Below the pieces are notes generated by a model that saw only the letters and a list, made by a program, of their open reading frames with translations, was not told the origin of the DNA and did not search any database. DNA of 64,000 nt. Source: an archaeon GW2011_AR15. Lineage in GTDB: Archaea; Nanobdellota; Nanobdellia; Woesearchaeales; GW2011-AR15. The stretch spans positions 256,001 to 320,000 of the forward strand of contig CP010425.1 of the NCBI GenBank assembly GCA_000830295.1, given 5' to 3'. Positions within the stretch are counted from its first letter, which is position 1. Each line of letters begins with the position of its first letter. Of this stretch, positions 39,001 through 48,593 are shown in pieces. The position numbers and the translations under genes are program-made.

Positions 39001-39348
39001 TTATCCTATTATCCTCACTTTTGAGCCCTTAGGGTTTTCCTTTACAAGCTCCTGTATTGAAATTGCCTTTCCGCCTGAGCTCTTTATCTTCTCAAGCGCG
39101 CTTCCTGAAAAGGCATGCGCTGCTATTGTCAGCTTCTTGTCTATCTCGCCCATTGACAAAACCTTGCCCGGAACCACAACTATCTCGTTTGCCTTGGCAT
39201 ACCTGTTTATCCTTGACAGGTTGACAGCCCTCCTTCTGGCTGTAGGTCCCTCTAAATCTGATGCAATCCTTTTCCAGATGTTTACATTATGCTGGATTGA
39301 CTGCTTTTTCAGCTCCGTTATCAGTGATGCCAGTTGCGTGTTTTTCAT
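39001..39348 (-). CDS. rpl18e: 50S ribosomal protein eL18
   Basis: IWKRIA, VNLSRINR, VVPGKVL, NPKG. Confidence 0.97.
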   Translation of the reverse strand: MKNTQLASLITELKKQSIQHNVNIWKRIASDLEGPTARRRAVNLSRINRYAKANEIVVVPGKVLSMGEIDKKLTIAAHAFSGSALEKIKSSGGKAISIQELVKENPKGSKVRIIG

Positions 39349-39349
39349 T

Positions 39350-40117
39350 TTATTTCATTAATTTGTCAAGCTCGCCAAGTTTGTCATTGAATATATTGAA
39401 CGCCTCTACAATTATTTCCTTTGGCTCAAGCTGGCCCCATGATTCCAGGTGGAATATGTGTTCTGTATCCTTGTATTCAACCTTTACCACCTTCTCATTG
39501 ACATGGCCGACAGCATCAACAAGGTTGTTCTTGATGATGAGCTCCTTGTCCAGCTTTCCCTTCTTGTCAAATGCCTGCGGCGGGTAAAGGTCCCTGTATT
39601 TCTCAATATCATTGTTGTTGATTTTAATGTCAAAATTGTAAGTATACCATACATGGCCAGGGCACCATTTTGAATGCTCTTCGCCTTTTCCGAGTACTGC
39701 AACTGCAACAAGCTCAATTTCCTGGTCCTTAAGCAGCTTTACAATAGGCGTCTTCGGGTGGACTGGCTTTACTTTCGGGTCCTTTGATTTCAAATCTGAT
39801 GCATATACTGTTTTCGGCCCTTTTGCCTTGAGCGTAAGCTCAAGAGTGCACTTTGCCTTTCTTCCGTCTACGTCTTCCTGTGATTTCGGAAGCTCATATG
39901 ACTTAAGGTCTGTTGTTAAAACAATAAGGCCGAGCCTGTGCGACAGGACCTCATCATACATTGCTGAGCTGTTCTGCTTTATCTCGACATTCTCGATAGC
40001 CATTACAGGCACTTCTGTAAGCATTATCCTTCTCAGCGCGTTGCTGTAGGCTGGTGTTGTAGCCTTAAGCAAAAATGACATCTTTTCCCCTTTTTTTGAC
40101 AAGACTTCGAATTTCAT
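39350..40117 (-). CDS. rpoD: RNA polymerase subunit Rpo3 (D)
   Basis: NALRR, EVPVMAI, DEVLSHRLGLI, PIVKL, EHSKW. Confidence 0.96.
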   Translation of the reverse strand: MKFEVLSKKGEKMSFLLKATTPAYSNALRRIMLTEVPVMAIENVEIKQNSSAMYDEVLSHRLGLIVLTTDLKSYELPKSQEDVDGRKAKCTLELTLKAKGPKTVYASDLKSKDPKVKPVHPKTPIVKLLKDQEIELVAVAVLGKGEEHSKWCPGHVWYTYNFDIKINNNDIEKYRDLYPPQAFDKKGKLDKELIIKNNLVDAVGHVNEKVVKVEYKDTEHIFHLESWGQLEPKEIIVEAFNIFNDKLGELDKLMK

Positions 40118-40118
40118 T

Positions 40119-40610
40119 TTAGACCCTTCTTCCCCTTCTTCCGCCTTTTTTCCTGCAACCGTCGTGCGGTATTGGCGTTACATCCTCAATTATCCCGATC
40201 CTGATGCCCATCCTGGACAATGTCCTTACTGCTGCCTGTGCTCCCGGCCCCGGGTTGCTCGGCCCGTTGTGACCTCCAGGAGCTTTTATCTTTACATGAA
40301 GGCCTGTCACGCCCTTTTCAAGGGCAATCTCCCCGACTTTCTTGGCTGCTGCCATCGCTGCTGTCGGCGAGCTTTCAAGCCTGTGCGACTTTACTATCTG
40401 GCCTCCTGAAGAAATTGCGATTGTCTCGCTTCCTGTTATGTCTGTTACATGTATTATTGTGTCATTATATGAAGAATAGATGTGGCATATCCCCCATCTT
40501 ACATTATCCTTGCTGAAATCCCTGACTCTCGGAGGGCCTCTTCTGGCTCCCCTGTCTCCTCCCCTTTCTTCACTGCTGCCCCTTTCCCTTCTTTTCCTGT
40601 CTTCACTCAT
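40119..40610 (-). CDS. rps11: 30S ribosomal protein uS11 with Arg/Gly-rich N-terminal extension
   Basis: [27 protein letters not shown]. Confidence 0.97.
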   Translation of the reverse strand: MSEDRKRRERGSSEERGGDRGARRGPPRVRDFSKDNVRWGICHIYSSYNDTIIHVTDITGSETIAISSGGQIVKSHRLESSPTAAMAAAKKVGEIALEKGVTGLHVKIKAPGGHNGPSNPGPGAQAAVRTLSRMGIRIGIIEDVTPIPHDGCRKKGGRRGRRV

Positions 40611-41241
40611 TTTCTGCTACCTCTCCAGCTTTTTCCTGCGTCTCCTTAGCAACTTCCGGGACTTTTTCAGCTGCTTTTCCTTTTTTTGGGGCAGGCTCTT
40701 CTGCTTTCTTAGCTGCCATAACCGGCTTCTTTTCTCCCCTTTCAGGGTGATCTTCTGAAACTAATGGCGAACTGCCGCTGAATACTGTCTTCACCTCATC
40801 ATCAGCACTCACAAGGTATGATGGGGAAGTTATCTTCCTCTCGCCTATTGTAATATGCTCATGCACAATGAACTGCCTCGCCTGGCCTATTGAATGGGCA
40901 AGCCCTTTTCTGAAAACAATTGTCTGCAGCCTCCTTTCGCACATATCCTTCAGCGTGATTTCAAGAAGATTTTCTGCAATAGCATTCTCACCTGCAAGCT
41001 TCATGCCGCGGAGCTTCCTTATCAGGTCCTGTTTCTGCCTTTCTGAAGCCTCATCGTGCTTTGGGATCAGTTTCTTAATCTGTGATTTGAAATTTCTCAG
41101 CTTTGAGCTGAGCCTCCATAGCTCTTCCTTGTTCTTGAAGCCGTATTCCTTCATAAGCTCCCTTTCCTCATCTATCCTGAGCTTCTGCCAGGGATGTGTC
41201 GGGGTTGAATACTTCTTCCTTAACTTTCTTGGATCTCCCAT
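40603..41241 (-). CDS. rps4: 30S ribosomal protein uS4 with charged C-terminal tail
   Basis: [21 protein letters not shown]. Confidence 0.97.
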   Translation of the reverse strand: MGDPRKLRKKYSTPTHPWQKLRIDEERELMKEYGFKNKEELWRLSSKLRNFKSQIKKLIPKHDEASERQKQDLIRKLRGMKLAGENAIAENLLEITLKDMCERRLQTIVFRKGLAHSIGQARQFIVHEHITIGERKITSPSYLVSADDEVKTVFSGSSPLVSEDHPERGEKKPVMAAKKAEEPAPKKGKAAEKVPEVAKETQEKAGEVAENE

Positions 41242-41243
41242 GC

Positions 41244-41717
41244 TTATACCTTCCCTGCCTTGGCGTCCTTGCTTCTCTTTACGCCGACTGCCTTACCCTT
41301 GTTCCTTCTGAAATTTGATTTTGTCCTCTGTCCCCTTACCGGCTGGCCTGATGCATGCCTGATTCCTCTGTATGTCCTTATCTTCTGCAGCCTTCTTACG
41401 TCCTGCTGGTTTGTGAATGCAAGGTCTCCGAGAAGAAGATGCTTGTCCTCTCCTGTATCATAATCCTTTCTCCTGTTAAGCATCCATGCCGGAAGCTTCT
41501 CAGGGTTTTTCAGGACAGCCTCTATTCTGCCCACTTCTGTTTCTGAAAGAAGGCCTGCTTTCTTGCTGATATCAACATGGGCGAGCCTGCATACTGCATT
41601 GGCGAACATATCCCCTACGCCCTTTATTTTTGTCATAGAAACTACGATTGCCTTGTTTCCCGGAAGGTCTGTGCTTGCGACCCTTACAAGATGCCTGATT
41701 TTCTGCTCTTCTGCCAT
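41244..41717 (-). CDS. rps13: 30S ribosomal protein uS13
   Basis: IKGVG, WMLNRRKD, YRGIRH, PVRGQRT. Confidence 0.97.
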   Translation of the reverse strand: MAEEQKIRHLVRVASTDLPGNKAIVVSMTKIKGVGDMFANAVCRLAHVDISKKAGLLSETEVGRIEAVLKNPEKLPAWMLNRRKDYDTGEDKHLLLGDLAFTNQQDVRRLQKIRTYRGIRHASGQPVRGQRTKSNFRRNKGKAVGVKRSKDAKAGKV

Positions 41718-41730
41718 TTTTGATAGTTTA

Positions 41731-41772
41731 CCGAGAATAACACGTATTAACCCTCAGATCGCGTTAACTCGG
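41731..41772 (-). promoter_or_regulatory. Structured 5' leader hairpin of the rps13 operon
   Basis: CCGAG/CTCGG and TAACGCG/CGTGTTA pairing between TTTATAAA (about 41799-41806) and the rps13 ATG. Confidence 0.5.
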
Positions 41773-41822
41773 GCTTTATTCACAGGAAATACGGGTCATT
41801 TATAAAGGTTTTTATTCTAGAA

Positions 41823-42329
41823 TTATTCACGCAAGTGTGCTTTGACTGGAATGCCCATGTAGAAAGTAAGGTTCATTTCTGTTATTGGGCCTCCGTCGAC
41901 CTTTTGCCTTGATTCTGATTGGTATGTTACCCTAATAAGCCCATCTGCACCCATATCTTTTGCCTGTTTCCTTATGTCAAGCTCAGAGAAATTTTTCGGC
42001 ATTAGTTTATATACCTCCAAAAGAGTAGCATATGCCATATCCATTATTCCAGATACTGCTTGTCGTTTATCTTCTTCACTAAATTCTCCTAGTTGTGCTT
42101 TGGCATCGAGAATTGTCGTTAGGCTTGCGCTGCCCATGAGTTTCATGACTTTCATAGCTTCTTCTTCTGTGGGTATGATTACACCTTCAACATATCTTTT
42201 GCTGTCAGTCATTGGTATAATACTATAAAGCGTGCCGCTTCTTCCTGCATTATATGTCATATTCAGCTCTTCTAGGCTGCCAGGAAAAAGTATAATATTC
42301 TCAATGCTTTTATGGAAATCATCTGCCAT
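41823..42329 (-). CDS. Hypothetical protein, YbjQ/UPF0145-like C-terminus
   Basis: IRKQAKDMGADGLIRV...FYMGIPVK pattern. Confidence 0.6.
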   Translation of the reverse strand: MADDFHKSIENIILFPGSLEELNMTYNAGRSGTLYSIIPMTDSKRYVEGVIIPTEEEAMKVMKLMGSASLTTILDAKAQLGEFSEEDKRQAVSGIMDMAYATLLEVYKLMPKNFSELDIRKQAKDMGADGLIRVTYQSESRQKVDGGPITEMNLTFYMGIPVKAHLRE

Positions 42330-42430
42330 TTTAAGCTCCTATCAGTTTAATCTTATATAAAAAGATTATGTTACATTACCCTTAAAGTGATTACAAACTT
42401 TTAAATAGATAATTCCCCACATACAATCCC

Positions 42431-42787
42431 ATGTCTCTGGCTGCAATAGTAAATACTGAAGCAAAGATGTTGACAACGCAGGGAGACCTATACAAAGTCG
42501 GAGTAGAGGTGCCTTTTGAATTTGCTGAAGGGGCCACATTCCAGGAATTATGGGATAAGGCCCTGCAGGTTGCGGATGAAGAAGGCATAACTTATCCTAT
42601 GTCCCTATTTACCGATTGGGCATATCTGGATGATGCAATCCACTGCGGCGGGGAGTGCGGGCAGCCAATACCATGCACTCTGAAAGAGGATAACTGGCAG
42701 ACCAAGTTCGAAAGATACAGAAATGCAGAGAGTCCGCCACGAGTATTCCTTGTAGAAAGGGATAAGTATAGGTCCATGTGTGAGTAG
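42431..42787 (+). CDS. Hypothetical protein
   Basis: 118-aa ATG ORF with its own TATA-like element; Cys cluster CGGEC. Confidence 0.65.
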   Translation: MSLAAIVNTEAKMLTTQGDLYKVGVEVPFEFAEGATFQELWDKALQVADEEGITYPMSLFTDWAYLDDAIHCGGECGQPIPCTLKEDNWQTKFERYRNAESPPRVFLVERDKYRSMCE

Positions 42788-42880
42788 ATGTCTTAAAGTG
42801 CTGAGCACTTAATTCTGAGTATATATAATGATGTTCTTATTACCAATATCTTTAAAAAGATTTGAAATTAACTACTATCT

Positions 42881-43462
42881 ATGCCATTAAACATCGCAGT
42901 CATATACGGCTCTGTAAGGGAAGGGAGATTAGGGACAAGAGTTGCCAAATTCATAGTCAACAAATTAAAAGAAAGGAAGCACGATGCAGTCCTTATCGAC
43001 CCTGTGGAGCACAGGCTCCCCCTGCTTGAGAAGCCGCATAAGTATTATGAGCCGGGCACTGCCCCAGAAGTTATGGAAACTCTCGCCAAAATTCTCACAA
43101 AGGCAGACGGCTTCATCATTGTGAGCGGGGAATACAACCACGGCATCCCGCCTGCGCTGAAAAACCTTCTTGACCATTTCTACACAAAGGAATTCGGGTT
43201 CAAGCCGAGTGCAATAGCCTGCTATTCAATAGGGCCTTTCGGAGGAGTGAGGGCTGCAATGCAGCTGAGGGCTGTGCTGCCTGAACTGAAAATGCCGAGC
43301 ATACCCACATTGTTCCCTGTGCAGAAAGTTCATGAATCATTTGACGAGAACGGGAATCCTCTGGATGATTCATACAATGAAAAGGCAGATAAATTCCTTG
43401 ATGAGTTTGAGTGGTATGCAAATGCCATGAAAGAGGCAAGGAAGAAAGGGACGCCTTACTGA
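42881..43462 (+). CDS. NAD(P)H-dependent FMN reductase
   Basis: GSVREGR, EYNHGIPPALKN, GGVRA. Confidence 0.94.
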   Translation: MPLNIAVIYGSVREGRLGTRVAKFIVNKLKERKHDAVLIDPVEHRLPLLEKPHKYYEPGTAPEVMETLAKILTKADGFIIVSGEYNHGIPPALKNLLDHFYTKEFGFKPSAIACYSIGPFGGVRAAMQLRAVLPELKMPSIPTLFPVQKVHESFDENGNPLDDSYNEKADKFLDEFEWYANAMKEARKKGTPY

Positions 43463-44940
43463 TTGAGCAATTCTCCCAGTTTATCTTTTAATTTTGATAT
43501 CTTAATCCTTTCCTGCTTCGTATTATCTCTGTCCCTTATGGTAACTGCCTTGTCTTCAAGCGTCTCAAAGTCAATGGTTATGCAGAATGGGATCCCCTGC
43601 TCGTCTGCCCTTGCATACCTTCTTCCGATGCTTCCGCCCCTGTCATATGTGCAGGCAAACTCGTCCTTCAGCATGTCATAGACTTTTCTTGCGTCCTTGT
43701 CAAGCTTGTTGATCAGCGGGAAAACCCCCACCTTTATCGGAGCAAGCTTCGGATGCAGCTTCAGCACAATGTTGCCTCTTTCCGTGTCATCATTGTAGGC
43801 ATCATACAGGAAAGACATGAATGCCCTGTCAACCCCGAAAGAGGGCTCTATCACCCTGGGCACAATCCTCCCTTTCTCATCCTCGTCAAATATCTCAAGT
43901 GATTTTCCTGAATGCTTCATGTGCTGTGCCAGATCAAACTGCCCCCTGTTTGCATTCCCGTATATCTCTTTCCAGCCGAACGGAAAGTTGTAGTCTATGT
44001 CAAATGTTGCGCTTGAGTAATGGCTCAACTCTGTTTTTGTGTGCTCCCTTACTCTCAGGTTTTCTTCTTTCATGCCAAGGCCTGTAAACCATAAGTAGGA
44101 TTCTGCAAGCCAGTAGGCGTGCCACTCGTCCAGCTTCTTTTTCTTCAGCATGTCTGAAATTTTTGTCTGGCTGTGCTCTTTCTTCTTCTCCTGGTCTTCT
44201 GCTGAATAGAAAAAGAAAGCGAGGTCAAGGTGCTTTTTCTCCAAAAGAAGACATTTCCTGTCATCAGGCTTTATGAAAAATTCCAGCTCCATCTGCTCAA
44301 ACTCCCTTGTCCTGAAAAGGAAATTCCTTGGGGAAATCTCATTCCTGAACGCCTTTCCCACCTGCGCTATACCGAATGGAAGCTTTACCCTGCTTGAATC
44401 AACTATGTTCCTGAATGCCGCAAAAATAAGCTGGGCTGTCTCTCCTCTCAGGTATGCGGTTGAGTCTTTTGTCTTCTCTGCCCCAATCTGCACAGGGAAC
44501 ATCAGGTTGAATGATTCAACAGGCTTCAGGTCTGATTTGCACTCAGGGCATTTTATATTATTGTCTGCTATTAATTTGTTCAGGGCATCTGCCTTTATCC
44601 CGTCTACATTTATCTTCAGAGTATCTTCAACAAGGCTGTCCGCCCTGTGGCTTTTCCCGCATTTCACGCACTGCACAAGCATGTCAGAGAAGCTTGCCAG
44701 GTGTCCTGATGCTTCCCATATCTTTGCGCTTGAAATCAGGGAGCCGTCCAGTCCGAAAACATCCTCCCTTGACTGCACGAATGTCTTCCACCAGCTGGCC
44801 TTGATGTTGTTCTTCAGCTCAACCCCCAGCGGCCCGTATTCAAAAAAGCCCGCCATTCCGCCGTAGATTTCTGTGCTTGGGAAAACAAATCCCTTTTTCT
44901 TGGCAAAAACAGCCAGCTCATCTATAGATAGTTTAGACAT
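43456..44940 (-). CDS. glyS: Glycine--tRNA ligase (alpha2 type)
   Basis: EIYGG, YLRGETAQ, FRNEISPR, REFEQME, IEPSFG, IGRRYAR.DE. Confidence 0.97.
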   Translation of the reverse strand: MSKLSIDELAVFAKKKGFVFPSTEIYGGMAGFFEYGPLGVELKNNIKASWWKTFVQSREDVFGLDGSLISSAKIWEASGHLASFSDMLVQCVKCGKSHRADSLVEDTLKINVDGIKADALNKLIADNNIKCPECKSDLKPVESFNLMFPVQIGAEKTKDSTAYLRGETAQLIFAAFRNIVDSSRVKLPFGIAQVGKAFRNEISPRNFLFRTREFEQMELEFFIKPDDRKCLLLEKKHLDLAFFFYSAEDQEKKKEHSQTKISDMLKKKKLDEWHAYWLAESYLWFTGLGMKEENLRVREHTKTELSHYSSATFDIDYNFPFGWKEIYGNANRGQFDLAQHMKHSGKSLEIFDEDEKGRIVPRVIEPSFGVDRAFMSFLYDAYNDDTERGNIVLKLHPKLAPIKVGVFPLINKLDKDARKVYDMLKDEFACTYDRGGSIGRRYARADEQGIPFCITIDFETLEDKAVTIRDRDNTKQERIKISKLKDKLGELLNQ

Positions 44941-44982
44941 CTTCCCTCAGTAAGCATGTTTTATCCTTTTTTTATATATTTA

Positions 44983-45126
44983 TTGAAAATTTCAGCTTGA
45001 AGAAGAAATTTTCAAGGTTTAATTAACCCTCGGGCTGAAATTTTCAAGACTAAAAATCCGCCAATCAATGTAAAAATCCTCCTGTTCCTGCTTTTAGTCC
45101 GGATAACTCCTGATAGCGGATTTTTA
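44983..45126. repeat. Nested inverted-repeat cluster
   Basis: TTGAAAATTTCAGC (44983-44996)/GCTGAAATTTTCAA (45034-45047); extra GAAATTTTCAA at 45005-45015; TAAAAATCCGC (45051-45061)/GCGGATTTTTA (45116-45126). Confidence 0.8.
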
Positions 45127-45130
45127 TTAT

Positions 45131-45532
45131 CTACTTCAGCAATATATTGACTGTGAAGTCTTTAAGCTCCATGTACGATGTTTCTGCTATCAGTCCAAGC
45201 TCCTTTCCTGAGTATTCCGGTCTTAGTGATAATCCCTGGGCAGTCCATGACGGGCTGCCGAGAATATCATACATGAAGACCTGTTCAAATGCATACTGTA
45301 ATTCTTCATCTTTTACCTGTTCCAGTTTCCTGTCTTTCCCAATGAGGAAAAGTTTGTTCTCTATAATTATGTAGTTCTCTTCTGCTGAATCATTGATGTA
45401 ATCCACGCTAAAAACATACTCGCTTATCTCAGGAGTCGCAGCACTTATAATGTATGCTGCGGGAGCTGCTATTGATAATGCCAAAGCTCCAATTGCAAGA
45501 GTATCACGTATTGCTGCTCTAATGTTTGTCAT
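45131..45532 (-). CDS. Hypothetical secreted or membrane-anchored protein
   Basis: ATG at 45532 after GGTGA; N-terminal hydrophobic helix. Confidence 0.65.
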   Translation of the reverse strand: MTNIRAAIRDTLAIGALALSIAAPAAYIISAATPEISEYVFSVDYINDSAEENYIIIENKLFLIGKDRKLEQVKDEELQYAFEQVFMYDILGSPSWTAQGLSLRPEYSGKELGLIAETSYMELKDFTVNILLK

Positions 45533-45678
45533 GCTAATCACCAAAAAGTTGGTAGTTGGATGTTTTTTAAATTTAGCTGAGAATTTTTTGTCATTATATA
45601 GATAAAAACGTATTTTATTAGATAGAATATTATAAAAATGATAAAATTTAAATAAAAATATCCATTTATACATAATTT

Positions 45679-46134
45679 ATGGACGAAATTGATAAGAAAA
45701 TACTAAATGAGCTCCAGACTAATTCCGGCAGAAAGATTTCAGAGCTTGCTTCTTTACTGAATCTTCCGAGGACAACTGTCCACAACAGGATCAGAAAATT
45801 GCAGGATGATAAAACTATCATTAGGCAGAAAGCAGTGCTGGATATGAAGAAGATAGGCAAGCCAATATGCGCTCTTGTGCACATTGTAATAACTTCAAAG
45901 GAAAGCGTGCATGAAGTGGCCGGGAGGCTGAAAAAAGACGGGAAAGTGGAAGAAGTCTATATCATGGCAGGCCAGTTTGATATAATCGCAAAGGCCAGGC
46001 TTAAAGATAATGAAGAGCTTTCTGAATTCATATTCGGCAAAGAAAAAGGGCTGAGGTCATGGCCTTCGGTTGAAAGGACAGAAAGCATGATTGTGCTGGA
46101 TACTATGAAAGAAAATGGCGTAATCCGGCTTTAG
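45679..46134 (+). CDS. Lrp/AsnC family transcriptional regulator
   Basis: MDEIDKKILNEL HTH, TVHNRIRKL, GQFDII. Confidence 0.95.
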   Translation: MDEIDKKILNELQTNSGRKISELASLLNLPRTTVHNRIRKLQDDKTIIRQKAVLDMKKIGKPICALVHIVITSKESVHEVAGRLKKDGKVEEVYIMAGQFDIIAKARLKDNEELSEFIFGKEKGLRSWPSVERTESMIVLDTMKENGVIRL

Positions 46135-46152
46135 TTCTCCTCTATAAACGCA

Positions 46153-47355
46153 TTATTTTTTTAGATAATCTATTTCCGCATCATCCAATTCAAAATACTC
46201 AGCCAGCTTCTCAGCCTCTGCCTTGTTTTTCTTAAATATGACTCTGACATAAGGCAGCGTGTCCTGGATTGCCCTCCTGGAAGAAGTGTGCGTCTTCTCA
46301 GCAATCTTGCCTGCTATTGACTTTCTCTTGGCATTTTTCTGGTTGAACATCCACATCTTCAGTATCCTTGTGGTCCTTGTATACTTGTTGAATCCGGGAT
46401 ATCTCTCTTTTTTTGACAGGGCAATCCCTGCTGTAAGAAGGTCATTGATATAGACCAGAAACCTCCAGTGCTGCCTTCTCAGTATCCTTCCCCTGAAAAC
46501 ATCAGCCCTGCTCAGGACATCATAGGCTTTTGCAAGGTCCTCATGGTCCTTGTATTCCTTAGGCAGGTTTTCATCTATCCATAAGAATATTTCATCAGTA
46601 TCCTCATCAACATCCTCAAGAGCAGGGAGGGCAACCTCAGGGCTTGTAGTCTTCAGTATTCTCATAAGGGCATTAATCATTGTGTCTGCCTGCCTTCTTC
46701 CTGAAAGCTCATCAACATCCCCTTTAGAAAGTTTTTTGGTGTTCTCTGCAAGTGTCTGGAGGTCGTTTATTGCCCCCCTCAAATCTCCGCCTGCCCTTCT
46801 CGCAAGAGTCTCAAGGGAAACCTCATCATATTCTATTGATTCTTTCTCAGCGATTTTTTTCAGCACTGCAAGGACAGACGGATATGCCAGTGTCCTGAAC
46901 TCTATCATTGCTGATTTTTTTCTCAGCGTGGAGAATTTCTTGTCAAAGGGGTCGTTGGCAGTCATTATCACGGGGAACTGTGTCTTGTCCAGCAGCTTGG
47001 CAAGCTCTGAAATCCCTCCCCTGTCTGCGCTTCCCGAGACGCCGTCAATCTCATCAACAAGAATAAGCTTCCCTCTTGAAAAAAGGGACATCTGCATCAT
47101 TGCAGGCCCGAGCTTCTCTTTTATTGATTCAGCATTCCTTACATCAGAGGCATTCACTTCAATAATCTCAAGCTCGTTCTCTCCGGCAACTGCATGCACC
47201 ATGGAAGTTTTCCCGCTTCCGGGAGGGCCATAGACCAGCGCTGCCCTTTTTTTTGGAAAACTGCCAAGAAAACTCTTCACTTCCTCAACTGCCTTGTTCT
47301 GCCCCTGGGTAAACTCAGTTGACTTAGGCTGGTATTTTACAGACCATGGTTGCAT
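46153..47355 (-). CDS. rfcL: Replication factor C large subunit
   Basis: WSVKYQP, GPPGSGKT, EVNASD, DEID, GDLRGAIND, WIDEN. Confidence 0.96.
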   Translation of the reverse strand: MQPWSVKYQPKSTEFTQGQNKAVEEVKSFLGSFPKKRAALVYGPPGSGKTSMVHAVAGENELEIIEVNASDVRNAESIKEKLGPAMMQMSLFSRGKLILVDEIDGVSGSADRGGISELAKLLDKTQFPVIMTANDPFDKKFSTLRKKSAMIEFRTLAYPSVLAVLKKIAEKESIEYDEVSLETLARRAGGDLRGAINDLQTLAENTKKLSKGDVDELSGRRQADTMINALMRILKTTSPEVALPALEDVDEDTDEIFLWIDENLPKEYKDHEDLAKAYDVLSRADVFRGRILRRQHWRFLVYINDLLTAGIALSKKERYPGFNKYTRTTRILKMWMFNQKNAKRKSIAGKIAEKTHTSSRRAIQDTLPYVRVIFKKNKAEAEKLAEYFELDDAEIDYLKK

Positions 47356-47397
47356 TAGAAAAGAGAAAGCATGAAGGTTTAAAAGGTTTATTGATAA

Positions 47398-48057
47398 TTA
47401 TTTTTTCTTCACGACAAATATGCAGTGGTCCTTCTCAAAAGGATCAAGGAGTTTGAAATCAACAACAGTAAGCTCTTTTTCCAATTGTATTCTGACTTCC
47501 TGGTAGATCTGCTTTGGCTTCCTGGTTATGTCTACTGAACGGGACTTAACAGCAAGCATTCCGAACCCGTCTTTCTTTAAAAACAAACGGCAGTTTTTCA
47601 GGAATATCTCTGCCTGGTTTTTCTGCGCAACATCCATGAAGATAAAATCAGCGCTGTGTATCCTGTGGCTGTATAAGTGCGGCTGGTTTGCGTCCGCCAT
47701 TATGGGCGTCATGTTCTTTCTTTTCTCGCACAGGAAAACTAAATCGCGCACAACCCTCGGCGCAAAGTCAAGCGCAAAAATAAACCCGTCCTTGCCGACA
47801 ATGTCAGAGACATATGAGACTGTATAGCCGTGGCTGGCTCCAAGATAGAGGACTGTGTCGCCAGGCTTCACCCCTACCTGCGAAAGGCCTTTGACTATGC
47901 CTGCTCCGAGCTTGCTTCTCCTTGCGTCCAGCTGCCTATATTCTTTCCCCTCTGATTTCTCTGTTTCCTCCTCAAAAAAAGTCTGGCCTGGAGTGAGATT
48001 AAGGGTAAATAGCCTCTGCCCTCTTTCATAGATATTCTGGAATTTTGTCTGCTTCAT
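47398..48057 (-). CDS. flpA: Fibrillarin-like rRNA/tRNA 2'-O-methyltransferase
   Basis: RSKL, VLYLGAS.G.TVS, DVAQ..Q, PFEKDH. Confidence 0.96.
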   Translation of the reverse strand: MKQTKFQNIYERGQRLFTLNLTPGQTFFEEETEKSEGKEYRQLDARRSKLGAGIVKGLSQVGVKPGDTVLYLGASHGYTVSYVSDIVGKDGFIFALDFAPRVVRDLVFLCEKRKNMTPIMADANQPHLYSHRIHSADFIFMDVAQKNQAEIFLKNCRLFLKKDGFGMLAVKSRSVDITRKPKQIYQEVRIQLEKELTVVDFKLLDPFEKDHCIFVVKKK

Positions 48058-48593
48058 CTCTGCTCCCTCAGTTCATTTAACAACTCAACCAGTTTCGGGT
48101 GCTTTACCATGGCTTTTGTTGACTCCCAGAATGAATCAAATGACTCATCTGGTTTTTTCTCGTACTCAAATGCCTGGAAAACCATCTCAAGCTTGTCAAG
48201 CTCTTTTGCAAATCTTGCCTCTCCTGTTTTCTGCTCTTCAAATTCATCCCAGACTGAAATCAGCTCATGTGCTGTTTCCTTATCAAGGTCTTTCACAATA
48301 TCCCTCATTGCTCTTTTCTCTTTCTCATGCTTTGCTTTTTTGAATTCCGGTGTGTCATTATGGTTTGTGATTATATCCCCTACAACAGTCTCTGCAAGGT
48401 CATGTATTATTGCCATTTTCAGCACTTTCCCTTTGTCCAGCTCCGGAGGGCATAATACTATTGCCATCATTGCTGTCCTGTATGTGTGGTCTGCCACGCT
48501 TTCCGGGTTTTCTATATTCAGCTTCACCCAGCCCGCCCTTTTCAGGATCTTCAGCTTGTTGGCCTGCTGGAGGAATTTTACCATGCCTTTCAT
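48054..48593 (-). CDS. HD-domain 5'-deoxynucleotidase (YfbR/HDDC2-like)
   Basis: RAGW, ESVADH, HDLAE, DKLEM. Confidence 0.92.
   Translation of the reverse strand: MKGMVKFLQQANKLKILKRAGWVKLNIENPESVADHTYRTAMMAIVLCPPELDKGKVLKMAIIHDLAETVVGDIITNHNDTPEFKKAKHEKEKRAMRDIVKDLDKETAHELISVWDEFEEQKTGEARFAKELDKLEMVFQAFEYEKKPDESFDSFWESTKAMVKHPKLVELLNELREQR

Noticed and set aside
40119-41241. Low-complexity extensions on uS11 and uS4
   Set aside because: Such tails are common on ribosomal proteins of these lineages; not treated as novel.
41746-45031. Shared ATTAACCCTC in the rps13 leader loop and the glyS upstream repeat cluster
   Set aside because: A single 10-mer match in different structural contexts; chance cannot be excluded.
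45533-45673. N-terminal extension of the 45131 ORF
   Set aside because: AT-rich divergent promoter region; the ATG at 45532 has a GGTGA SD.
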